DNA of 64,000 nt, from NCBI RefSeq assembly GCF_048593235.1, contig NC_133619.1:161276454-161340453 (forward strand). Direction: 5' to 3'. Origin of the DNA: Sminthopsis crassicaudata (Eukaryota). The notes below the pieces were generated by a model. It made no database searches and was not told where the DNA came from. It saw nothing but the letters and a program-made list of their open reading frames with translations. Shown here in pieces: positions 37,601-49,310 of this stretch. The position numbers and the translations under genes are program-made. The first letter of the stretch is position 1; every line of letters starts with the position of its first letter.

Positions 37601-38661
37601 CTGAGCTTTGAAATAGAGAGGTTGCTTTATTTTCCCACACTTTGTTTTTTAAGGACTTTTAGACTGCAATATAGCAAGCAGGAAACAGTTTTTCTTAATC
37701 CTTCCCCTCTTTTTTTTCTATACTAGAACCAGAACATGGTACATTTCTTATGCTTGCTTTAGTGACCTGACAGGGAAGTTCATGGATCTCAAATTCCTTG
37801 TTGCCTTTTTATGTCTAAATATTTTAAAAGTAGCCTTTTGATCTAGTTCATTGTGCCTCAGGACAACTCATCTGGACATCCATTAAGTTTGTCTAATATT
37901 TTAGGATCCCTTAAAGACATTTTGTTGACAAGCCCACGTCCTGTAGGTCACTACTTTACCTGATTGGTCCCTAGTGATCAGTTACTACCCATAAAATGAT
38001 TAGTTTTAGAGCCAAGAGGAAAATAACCTCTTTGGGAGGGATTGACCTTTGTCAATTGTCTGTAAATGCTGAAGTCTGAATCAACTAGTCCCTTTTCATT
38101 TCTCATACTTTTTCTTCCTTGGATCTCTTTATGAAAATTGTGACTTCCAAGAGAAGCATATTTTAAGTGGCCTATTCTTGCCTAAAACAGCACTTCTTGT
38201 CTCTCTACTTCCCAGTTACTTTCTTTTTTCTGTTGTCTATCTGAGCAAAAGTCAAACTCTAATGGATATTTCAAGTCTTGGTGGCAAATTTGAATGGGAA
38301 GAATATTTCAAGGCTCTCTCATGTGTAATGTGAATGAGAATTCTCAAATAGTCAGAAGTTCCTTAGTTTGGGAGGAACCAGTACTTCAGTAGGAAATTCT
38401 GTAATAGAAGAGGACTATCTTGTACCTGAAAGACTAATGCTGCTCCACAGAGACAAGGATAAATGGATTTTCCAGTCCTCCATAATATCACTATGAAAGA
38501 CTTAGAGAATGCAGGTGAGGGTGAATATGGAATGATTTCTTTTGCTTGTTTTGTTTTGTTTCAGGTATTCACAAAGCTTCCTTACTTTCTGAGGGAGAAA
38601 TAGGGGTGAAGAGTTTAAGGAATATACTGGTTTATATGAGAGCTTTACATTCCTGAATATT

Positions 38662-39100
38662 GAGGGGAATTGAGATGGCAGAATATCAGGATGTACAACC
38701 TCAACAAATCCCTCCACAAAAGATCTAGAAAACATACCAGAACAAATTCTGATCATGGAATTCAGGCAAAAGTTATGGAACAGAGCAGGAACTTCAATCT
38801 AACCTCCAGGCCCAAAGCAGAAATGACCAGAGCAGGAGACCCATAGAAAAGGGATGCCTGCAATTCAGTCATTCTGAAGCTGCAGAACCTCCCAATGGGC
38901 TAAAAGTGGCAGAGTCTAACTAACATCAGTCTGTTGAAATGCCCAACTAGAGAAAAATTAATAGACCAGAAACTTGTAGAGCTCAAAACAGGAAGACAGT
39001 AAGCAAATTTCACACTAGATCACACCACTTTGGAAGCATTGACAGTTTGGAAGCCCCTACCCTGAGTATCAGGAGGATAAGAGCACAGAAGCTTAGGCTA
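38662..39100 (+). mobile_element. Probable marsupial L1/HAL1 5' UTR fragment
   Basis: gagatggcagaata...aagatctagaaaacataccagaacaaattctgat and gatcacaccactttggaagcattgacag resemble marsupial L1 5' regions (recalled). Confidence 0.45.
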
Positions 39101-39269
39101 AACTTTGTTTCTCTAATTGTTCATAGGTTCTGATGAATGCTTTCTATTTTATACATTTTCTGTGGTAGAAAAAATAAGGGCTATCCCAAATTTAAGAACT
39201 ATGTTATAAACTGAGTACCTATGCAGGAATAGACACCTACCATGTAGGAAACCTAAACATGAAACATTT

Positions 39270-39500
39270 TTTTTTTGTTATTATTCAGTTATTTCAGTTG
39301 TAACTGACTCTTTGTGACCCCATTTGGGGTTTTCTTGGCAAAGATATTGAAGAGGTTTTCCATTTCCTTTTCTAGCTCATTTTATAGAAGAGAAAACTGA
39401 GACAAACAGGGTCACACAGCTATTAAATATGAGAGGTCAGATTTGAACTCAGAGTATGAGTGAGTACTTCTGACTTCAGGCCCAGCACTCAATCCAAATA
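39270..39500 (-). mobile_element. Mar1-like CORE-SINE
   Basis: ttattcagttatttcagttgtaactgactctttgtgaccccatttggggttttcttggcaaagatattgaagagg...gatttgaactcag. Confidence 0.85.
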
Positions 39501-41035
39501 TGAACCCTACCTAAGTTTTACTCATATTTATTATGAAGTAGGAGCAATATGACAAAAACTGACCCCTTTGAAGTTATCCCACAGGGCTGGAGCCAGATCT
39601 GCATAAGTCCCAGAATCTTTAAGTTGCTCTAGGCCACTGATGACATTAAATTCTCAGATTGTTAATTGTTTAGACTAGATTAATTGAAATGGGTGTGGAG
39701 AATGACAAAGAGGGAAGCAGAAAAAATAAATCTTGCCAATTCAGGCATGAAAAATTATAAAGTGGTGTAGAATGTAATACCTACCCTTCTTCTCAAAACT
39801 TAAAACATGTGTGACTAACAAACAATCCACCCCCAAGATTTACAAGAGTAATTTGTTAACTGGGAATGCATGATTCTTGAACACAAACTTGTTTTTATTC
39901 AATGTGAGTCATATAATACAAACTAATAATGTGTTGTAGATGTATAATTCTGATGACTAAATGCCAGGAATCCCCAGTCTACCTTGTTCTAGTATCTTTG
40001 TGTCTTCATTGAGGGAGCTCAGGGAGTATATGATGCTTTCAGAAATCTGACTACTGCCTTCCAACTCTGACATGAGCTATAGTCACATTCATTCCGTGCC
40101 ACATTTTATCTTTCTCATAAACATTAACCCAATCATTGTGCCCTTAGGTGTCTAAAGGCATTTAGAAAACAACAAGACAACTTGATTGAGATTGGCATAT
40201 TACCAGAAATCCAGATGCTGAATGCAGTGAGCTCAACAGGGTTGGCAGATCTGTGTATTTGGCTCATTAGCCAACCAGGAGGATATGAGCCCTCCACAGT
40301 CAGGATAGAGATCCATCAGATAGATGAATATTATTCAGTGGGGTGTGATATATATATAAAGACAAGACTGGGTCTGTGATTTCATCAGTACAGTGAAAGA
40401 TGATTTCATTTGTACAGTGAAAGCCCAAGTGAGGAATCTCCTTTTATCTATGCATGTTAACATGTCTCCCCAACTTATACTCTAAGATTATAACTTTCCC
40501 TGGATCACATAGGAAATAAAAGTGTCAGAGATGGTTTCTGAATACAAGTCTTCCTGACTTTGAGCCTCTTTCCATTATATAATACTGCTGACTCTGATGA
40601 AGAGGTAGTAGAATTTTGCTTAGCATAAGAGAGAGGAAAAAGAAAAAAAAAAGAGAGAGATGTGAAATAGTACTGGAATTACTGTATATCATGTATGGTA
40701 AGTTATGGGCTAATTAAGAAATCCACTCCTTCAAGCTTTTGCTCTTATCAGAATTCCAATATACTATTCAATTCTATGGATCACTGTAAATTTCAGAATT
40801 ATTTGAATCTTTGTGAGCATATTACATGGAATGTTGGAACATGGAATTAATGTTAAGGAAAATTCAGTTCTTTGAAAACCATTAATGACAATGAAGCATC
40901 AAGAAAAAGTTTCAGTATAACTGAAAATCATATTGCTTTTCTGAATCATTCCATGGTCCTACTTAAATACTATGAGAGGGATATAAACAACTTCTTCAGA
41001 TGTGCTATAATTTATAATTTTGAAGCATTATTTTC

Positions 41036-41183
41036 TTTTTCTTTTTTTCCTGAAGCAATTGGGGTTAAATGACTTTCCCAGGGTCACACAGCTAGCAAGT
41101 GTTTAGTGTCTGAGATCAGATTTGAACTCAGGTCCTCCTGACTTCAGGGCTGGTGCGCTATCCACTGAACCATCTGGCTGCCC
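41036..41183 (-). mobile_element. WSINE/Mar3-type SINE
   Basis: Antisense full copy; 15-bp TSD tga(a/g)gcattattttc at 41021-41035 and 41184-41198. Confidence 0.9.
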
Positions 41184-41524
41184 TGAGGCATTATTTTCAT
41201 AAGATTAAGTATAGTGTATTAGATTGCTTATAAATGCAGCAGAACTATACTGGACTTCTGCCCCTATTTTCTCAACAACCATAGCTACTAAAGCTCAGGA
41301 AAAGAAAGTTACCACCAAAGTCTTTGACATTGTCAAATAATGGGACATTGGAAACTAATATGGTTGTAACAATGAAAATTATACCCAGTAAAATGCATAA
41401 TCACCTTCCTTGCTAATACACTCTTATGAAATCATGTAATATTTCCACATAGCTAAAACCTCTTAATTATGTTGTTTCTCTTTTTTAGAATAGGAGAGCT
41501 TCTTCAGAACAGGGATTGTCTTGG

Positions 41525-41657
41525 NNNNNNNNNNNNNNNNNNNNNNNNNNNNNNNNNNNNNNNNNNNNNNNNNNNNNNNNNNNNNNNNNNNNNNNNNNNN
41601 NNNNNNNNNNNNNNNNNNNNNNNNNNNNNNNNNNNNNNNNNNNNNNNNNNNNNNNNN
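41525..41657. other. Assembly gap (133 N) before an AT-only tract
   Basis: N run seen directly. Confidence 0.99.
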
Positions 41658-41699
41658 TAATAATAAAATAATTTTAAATTATTTTAATAATTTATTTTA

Positions 41700-43735
41700 A
41701 TTTAATTTAATATTAATATTTTTAATTTAATTTATTTTAAAACTGCTTTATGAATCATGTTGGGAGAGAAAAATCAGAATAAAAAGGAAAAACCAAGGGA
41801 GAAAAAAAAAACAAAAAAGAAGTGAACATAGCATATGTTGATTTATATTCAATCTTCATAGTTCTTTTTCTTTCTTTCTTTCTTTCTTTTTTTTTTTTTT
41901 TTTGAGGCTAAGGTTATGTGACTTGCCCAGGGTCACACTTGGGTCCTCCTGAATTCAAGGCTGGTGCTCTATCCACTGCACCACCTAGCTGCCCCCCATA
42001 GTTCTTTTTCTGAATGCAGATAGCATTTACTATCCAGAGTCTATTGGGATTGTCTTGGATCACTGACCACTGAGAAGAACCAAGTCTTTCAAAGTTTCAT
42101 TGTACATTCTTGTTGTTACTGTGCACAATGTATTCCTGGTTCTGCTTGTTTCACTCAACGTCAGTTTATGTGAATCTTTCCAGGCTTTCTAAAATCAGTT
42201 TGTTCATCATTTTTAAAGAACAATATTCCATTATATTCACATACCACAACTTATTCAGTAATTCCCCAATTGATGATGATTCCCCAACCTACTCATTTTC
42301 CAATTCTTTGCTATCACAAAAAGAGTTGCTACAAACATTTTTTGCACATGTGGATCCTTTTCCTGTCTTTATGATTTCCTTGGAATACAGACCCAGTAAT
42401 AGCACTGCTGGATCAAAAGGTATGCACAATTTGTTAGCCCTTTGGGCAGTTCCAAATTGCTCCAGAATGGTTAGATCATTTCACAACTCCACTAACAATG
42501 CATTAGTCTCACATCCCATCCCCTCCAACATTTATCATTATCTTTTCCTGTCATCTTAGCCAATCTGAAAGATATGAGATGGTACTTTAGAGTTTTTTTT
42601 AATTTGCATTTCTCTAATCAATAGTAATTTAGAGCATTTTTTTCATATAACCATAAATGGCTTTAATTTCATCATCTGAAAATTTTTATTAATTAGGGAA
42701 TGACTTGTATTCTCATAAACTTGACAGAAATGAGTGCTTTATCTGAAGCACTGTTTATAAATTTTTTTTTCCAACTTTGTACTTCCATTTTTAACTTGTT
42801 TCTGTTGGTTTTGGTTATGCAAAACCTTTTTAATTTAATGTAATTAAAGTTGTCCATTTTGCCTTTCATAATGTTCTCTAGTTCTTCTTTGGTCATAAAT
42901 TCCTCCCTTCTCCAAACATCTGATAGGTAAATTATGCCTTGCTCTCATAATTTGTTTATGGTATCCTTTATGTTTCAAAAAGATATTGATTTTGACCTTA
43001 TTTTGGTATGGAGTGTGAGAGATAGGTCTATGCCAAGTTTCTGACATGTTATTTTCCAGTTTTCTCCGCAATTTTTGTCAAATAGTAAGTTCTCCCAGAA
43101 GCTGGATTTTGGGGGGTTATCAAATACTAGGTTACCATAGGCCTTGATTATTATGCCATGTGTATCTAATCTATTCCACTGATCCACCACTCTATTTCTT
43201 GGCCAGTACCAAATGATTTTGATGACTGCTGCTTTATAATGTAGTTTTAGGGCTGGTACTGCTAAGCCACCCTCCTTTGTATTTTTTTTTCCATTAATTC
43301 CCTTGATATTCTTGATCTTTTGTTCTTCTAAATTAATTTTGTTTTTATTTTTCTAATTCTATAAAATAATATTTTGACAGTTTGGTATGGAACTGAACAA
43401 GTAGACATTTAGACAGAATTATCATTTTTATCAATTGACATTATTCCAATTGTTTAGAACTGATTTTATTTGTCTGAGAAGTGTTTTGTAATTGTGTTCA
43501 TATACTTCCTGGGTTTGTCTTGACACCCTTATTTTGTTACAGTTGTTATAAATTGAATTTCTCTTTCTATCTCTTGCAGCTGAGTTTTTCAGTAATATAT
43601 AGAAATGCTGATGATTTATGTGGGTTTATTTTATATCCTGCAACTTTGCTAAAGCTGTTAATTGTTTCAAGTAGGTTTTGGGATGATTTTCCAGGATTCT
43701 CTAAGTATATGATCATATCATCTGCAAATAATGAT
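41700..43735 (-). mobile_element. L1 3' portion (about 2 kb, middle-aged) interrupted by a WSINE1
   Basis: Antisense 3' UTR (catgttgggagagaaaaatcagaa) and ORF2 remnants (VDQWNRLD in ORF 42975-43190; ccaggattctctaagtatatgatcatatcatctgcaaat at the 5' limit). Confidence 0.9.
41872..41996 (-). mobile_element. WSINE1 with an internal deletion, nested in the L1 3' UTR
   Basis: gggtcacac joins directly to ttgggtcctcctgaattc (about 40 bp missing); perfect 15-bp TSD catagttctttttct at 41857-41871 and 41997-42011. Confidence 0.9.
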
Positions 43736-43999
43736 TGTCCTGGATCTTCTATTCATTTTCCCAATGCTTAACATAGTTCTATGTATATGGTAATCATTTA
43801 ATAAATGTTTTTTTTTTCATTCAGCCATTCAAAAAATGCTGAATTCACCATCAGTTTGTAGTGAATCAGCTCTAACAATCTTATTTTTATTGATTTTGAT
43901 TTGAACTTTGTTTTCAGAAAAAAAGTTAATGTGCTGATAGAGGAATTATATCTTTAAAAGTTATTTAGTATTTATGCTTATTGCTCCATACTCCTCCAC

Positions 44000-44200
44000 T
44001 TTGTTGTTGCTTTTCAGTCATGTTTGATTTCTTGTGACTCTATTTGGGATTCTCTTGGCGAAGATACTGGAATAGTTCACCATTTTCTTCTCCAGCTCAT
44101 TTTATAGATGAAGAAAACTGAGACAAACGTGGTCCAGGGTTGAGCCTTGAACACAGGAAGACAAGTCTTCCTGACTCCAGGCCTGGCACTTTATCTTAGC
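44000..44200 (-). mobile_element. Mar1-like CORE-SINE
   Basis: ttgttgttgcttttcagtcatg...gggattctcttggcgaagatactggaatagttcaccattttcttctccagctc. Confidence 0.8.
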
Positions 44201-44226
44201 TTTCTAAACTCCCCCCATTCCGCAGA

Positions 44227-44228
<2 letters not shown>

Positions 44229-44270
<42 letters not shown>
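44229..44270. repeat. (TAA)14 microsatellite at the tail of an antisense MIR (about 44270-44470)
   Basis: Seen directly. Confidence 0.95.
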
Positions 44271-44271
<1 letters not shown>

Positions 44272-46544
44272 TAATATTTATATAGTATATACCATGATAA
44301 CCATTTTATAGTTATCTTATTTGATTCTCCCGACAACTCTGGGAAGTTAAGTGCTACTGTTATCTCCATTTTACAGGAAATTGAGGCAAACAGAGATTGA
44401 GTGATTAAGTATATGAAGTCAAATTTCACCTTGGGTCTTTCCAATTTCAGGACAAACACTATGTCACCAAACTCACTCTACAGTTTGGAAAACTGATATC
44501 ACATTCAAGGAAGAAATACTTTCAAAATTGGTCTCAGAGATGACTTACGTAAGATGCTATAAAATGTTCCCAATACATTATTGTAAATTAAATTGAAGTA
44601 GATTTTCAATCTAGAGCCTGAAAATAGAAGGGGGGCACAAGACAAACTTGGGGATAAAACTTGCTTAGTTATGACTCTCTAACTACAAAGGATTGTCAAG
44701 TTTACATGAAACCAAGATCATTAGAAGCAAGCCTCAGGATGTGTGAAGGTACTTTGTACTCCTTGTTGAATGGAGTCTATTTTTATTTCTTACATTCCAC
44801 ACTGGATTCTAGCTTTCAGAAGAATTAGGTGCAAAAGTTCACCATATATATTAACATTCCAGATAAGCTTTAAGATTTTTGAAGTAAAGAAAGACAATCT
44901 ATTTTCATTTAATTTCATACCTAAGGACAATTAAAATTTGATTTTATGATAAGAAGTAGGACAAACAGGTGAAAGGAAGAGTACTCTATTCAACTTTTGT
45001 TCTTTAGAATTAGGAACTGAATTGAAGTATTTGGATGTTGAATACAGTTCAGATAAGCATCTGAAAATTTTGAGTTATGCTCCAAGTAGTTCAGCCTCTT
45101 GGCTCTCTGAAAACTTGGACTGGAATGCCACCAGATTATGTTCTCTTATGTAATTTTTCTCCTCAGTACCATAATTTTATAAAACTTATGTTATATTGCA
45201 CCTTAGCCTCCAGTATTGAGTGAAATTGTTGGGATGTATAGAATGCCATCTAACAAGAAGATAAATGAAGAAGTTTTTAAAAATATATATTCTTTATACT
45301 TGTTTTGAAACTTATCATGCATAGAATGGTTGCCATGCTTTGTTTCAGTTTGTAGAAGAAAATAGGTTCAGGGTTAATTGTATTTGAACTGCAGAGCCCA
45401 ACCTTAAAACAATATTAAATTCCCATAGTTACAAAGGGGTCAGGAATTTGATTGTCTAACATACCTCAGGATTTATGACCTTCATCATTATGAATGAGAT
45501 CATTCAAAGAAGAACAAAAGTTTTAAGAATTATATCATGGTATCTGCTAATAGTAATGAGTCAACATTATCCATAGAAGCCCAGGAAGCTTGTATACATA
45601 GAGAAATGTGAAAATCTTTTTCAAGAAATGTCATAAAAATAAGAATATTCTAAAAATCAAAAATATTGATTTTTTTTTTTTGTTATCATATGACTGAGAT
45701 GGAAGAAGACAGTGACAAAAGATGAGGCAAGGCTTAGGTCAGAATTATCAGGAGTAAGAAGAGCAAGCAGTTATATTCATGAAGTTCAGTTAAGGAAAAA
45801 AAAAATTTAGCAATTAGGTACCTCAGATCCACAGAGAAAATAAGTAGTTTGAAGAAAGCACCAGAAGCAACAAGAGAACTTAACATTGAGCTAACTGCTA
45901 TCTGAAGCAGAAATTATTTGCATGCTTCCTGCCTAGAATCAGAATTGGTCTCAGAGACAGGATAACTAGTTCCCATAGGCTAAAGTTAATAGGATCAAAG
46001 GTTTGAAGTGAGTATTGGTAAGTTTGCAGGCTTTTCCTTACAGTTAAATGTAAAGCATTTCAGAGATCATTTAGAATAGAGACTCTTAACCTTATTCTGG
46101 CCCACTTTCAACCCCCTTATTCACTATTATGAAATCCATGGACTTCATTGCACTGATAAAGAAAGCCACATAGTCCTTATTGAATGAAATAAAATAATTT
46201 ATGTTCATTATTTTTCCACACTGGATACTGGTTCTCTCCTGAATTTGATGCAAAATCCTCAGATAGAGGTTGCTAAATAGCTAAAATAAATTATATAAGA
46301 TCAAAAAGGAAACATTATATCACAATTCTGATTAAAATTATTTTTAAATACAAAAATTACCTGACCCCAGATTAAGAACCTATAATTTAGAAAAACAAGA
46401 ATACCTAAACTGTACAAATAAATGATTTAAGTAAAATAGACATTTTTAATATAAGTAAAATAAATGAAAAATAGTAAATCATATTGGTACAAGAATCTTT
46501 CAGGATGAGAAGGTGGGAAGGAGTTAAATTGGAATTCTTTCCTT

Positions 46545-46707
46545 TCCTTCTCTCTCTCTTTTTCTTTTTTTTGCTGAGGCAATTAGGGTTAAGTGACTTG
46601 CTTAGGGTCACACAATTAGGAAGTATTAAGTGTCTAAGGACTGGTTTGAACTCAGGTTCTCCTGACTTCAGGGCCATTGTTCTATTCACTGTGCTATGTA
46701 GCTGCCC
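46545..46707 (-). mobile_element. WSINE/Mar3-type SINE
   Basis: gctgaggcaattagggttaagtgacttgcttagggtcacac...ttcactgtgctatgtagctgccc. Confidence 0.88.
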
Positions 46708-46739
46708 TTTTCCTTCTTTTCTTAACACTGTTTCTTGCC

Positions 46740-47900
46740 TCATTATTCAACTAAAACTACTATGTCCAAAAAAGAACAGTATCTTTTATTTTCTCATTCC
46801 TCATCCTTCTTGAGCTCTCTATAGTCTTTGAAGTTGTCAATCATTCTCTTCTCTATAGTTTTCCAGGACATTTCTCTATCATGGTTTCTTCCTATCTTTT
46901 TGATTGCTGTTTCTCAGTCCCTTTGCTAAAACTTTGTCTCTTAATGACACTTACACTAAATGTCCAAGGATGTATCTTGAGCTTCCTTCTCTTCTCCCTC
47001 CCTACTAGTTTTATTGGTAAATTCATCAACTTCCATATCCTCAGATCTATTTATCCAAACCTAACCTTTCTCCTGATCTCCTTCCTGAAAAGACATTTTT
47101 AAACTGGATATTCCAAAGATATCTTAATTTCAACTTGTCATTATATTTCTCTTCCAAAACCTCCCCCTTCAGGAATTCCCTATTACTGCTCAGATTACTC
47201 TCACCCTTCCAACCCATAACACCTCCCCTTTGACATTACTACTGCCCTAATGTGGACTTTCATTACCCAAGAGTTTGCCATTATATTAGTTTTTTTGCTT
47301 TGTCTGTGTTTCAGATTTCTCTACTGTTCTAGTCCATCCTCCATTCAGTTGTCAAAATAATCTTCCCAAATTGCTAGTATACCTTTGTCACCTCCCTATT
47401 CAAGAAATCCCACTTGTTTCCTATTACTTTCAAAATCACACATAAAATCCTGTTGGTTTTTAAACTTCTTAAAAATTTAATCTCTTCCTGCCTTTCTACA
47501 TTTTTTGCATTTACTCCTCATCCCAACATCCTATTCAATGCAAAAACATTCATTTCCTTGCTATTCCTAACACAAGAAAATCCACTATCATTTATTTTTT
47601 GGGAGGGCTGTCCCCTGTGCCTTCCATGTCTCTTCCTTCTGAATTCCCTGGCTTTATCCAAATACCAGCTAAGATCGCCCTTCTAAAAGAAGACTTTCTT
47701 GAAGTCATTTAATGCTAGCTCCTTAACTGATTATATCCGAAATATTTGGTATGTATCTTGTTTATACGTAGTTGTTTACTTATTCTCTCTCCACTGTGAG
47801 CTTCTTGAGAACTGGAAATTATTTTCTTTTCTTTTCATCAGTCAGAGCTTAAAACAACGCATGGCACAGAATAGCTATGTAATAAATCTTTCTTGTCTGA
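46740..47900 (+). mobile_element. L2 LINE 3' portion
   Basis: C/T-rich L2 ORF2/3' UTR signature (atggtttcttcctatct, tcttgagcttccttctcttctccct, atttcagatttctctact-like segments) ending ccactgtgagcttcttgaga...gcatggcacagaatag. Confidence 0.75.
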
Positions 47901-47980
47901 CTAATTATAGAAAATGGTTGTTCATGTTGTCTCCCTTGGGTAGATTGTAAGGGCAAGTATCTTGAAACCCCAGGATACAG

Positions 47981-48420
47981 AGTATGAGCACAGGGCTGTC
48001 AAACTCAAATAGAAATGGATCACAGCTACCACATATTGACTTAGAAAACCACAAATTAGCATTATCAAGGTTGTGTTGTAATTTTATTCATTTTGCTAAA
48101 CATTTTCCAATTATACTTTATTCTAGTTCAGGCTTTACTTTAGAACCTGAAGGGCCTCTGGGAATTTAGTTTGAAATTTTTGTCCTAGTCAATTTGAACA
48201 AACTTCTTACCAGCATAGGGATGTACAGTTTTTGTTCGCAACTAGTGAACAATAAAAATGTGTTCTCAAATGAGAGGTATATTAGAGCTAAGTGAATAAG
48301 GGTCACATTCATAAGGTTTTATACCTTTGTTTTAGCTTTTCAGCTTTTTCAGCTTAAAATGTAAATATGTGGGAGCAGTGATCCATTTGTATTTGAGTTT
48401 GATACCCCTGGGCTCATATT
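47981..48420. repeat. 60-bp inverted duplication (47981-48040 versus 48361-48420)
   Basis: Manual alignment of the left arm with the reverse complement of the right arm gives 52/60 identity; spacer 320 bp. Confidence 0.9.
47991..48185 (+). mobile_element. hAT-type MITE (CAGGG...TCAAAC terminus)
   Basis: cagggctgtcaaactcaaatagaaa...catattgacttagaaaaccaca...ttttccaattatac; decayed right end near gggcctctgggaatttagtttgaaatt. Confidence 0.6.
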
Positions 48421-49084
48421 CTTTCTTCAAATTCAAGATTGTGAGGCAATCAAATCCCTGCCCAAACACTCTACCCAAGGAAGACAACATATACAATCAT
48501 TTTCTATAATTATCCAGTTATTAAAGACTTATTAAATGCCTATTACATGCAGACATTGTTTTTAAGTGCTAATTGATAAAAAGAAAAGGAAAAAATCTTT
48601 ATAGCCATAAGCAATATATGGCCATATATCCTACTATGTACCTATAACAGTATGCAGTGCACATACCACGGATAATCTTGTAAAATTAAGCTTGTCCTTT
48701 GAGACAATACATATTTGAGTGTAAAATTAATTTACCTAAAATTCACTGAAATATAAATTTTTGTTGCCATATAACTATGTGAAAGTATAATGAACTTGCT
48801 CTGATTTCAAAGAAAATTTTAGAGTATCAATATTTCCGAAATGTATTGACTCCTTTCAATTGTTCTCAGCATGGTGTATCTTTTACATCTATAAGGCTTT
48901 CTTAATGAGCTTTAAGTATTCTCAAAGATTTTGCTTCAGCTAGCTTTGACATTTTAATTACAAGGATGATGATTATATCCATTTTGCACATAAAGAGAGA
49001 CAGAAAGGAAAGTTGTCTTGCTATCTAAAAGATACTAGTGACCAGCCAATTGCTTCTATAACTTATTTCAGTCTAGAGAGAAAA

Positions 49085-49310
49085 GGCAGCAAGATGGCAT
49101 AGGAGTCAGGAATAAAAGTTCCCATTCACCTCAGAAATTTACTAACTATTTAAGCTTGATTAACTCATTGCATCTTTCCTCTGTTTTCCTCAGTTGTAAA
49201 ATGGGGAAAATAACATTTACCTCAGAGTCATTATGAAGATCAAACGAAATAAAATTTCTACAGAACTAAGCACATTGCTTGACATGTAATAGGTGCCTCA
49301 TAAATGCTTC
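49085..49310 (+). mobile_element. MIR SINE
   Basis: gagtcaggaataaaagttccc...ttttcctcagttgtaaaatggggaaaataacatttacctcag. Confidence 0.75.
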
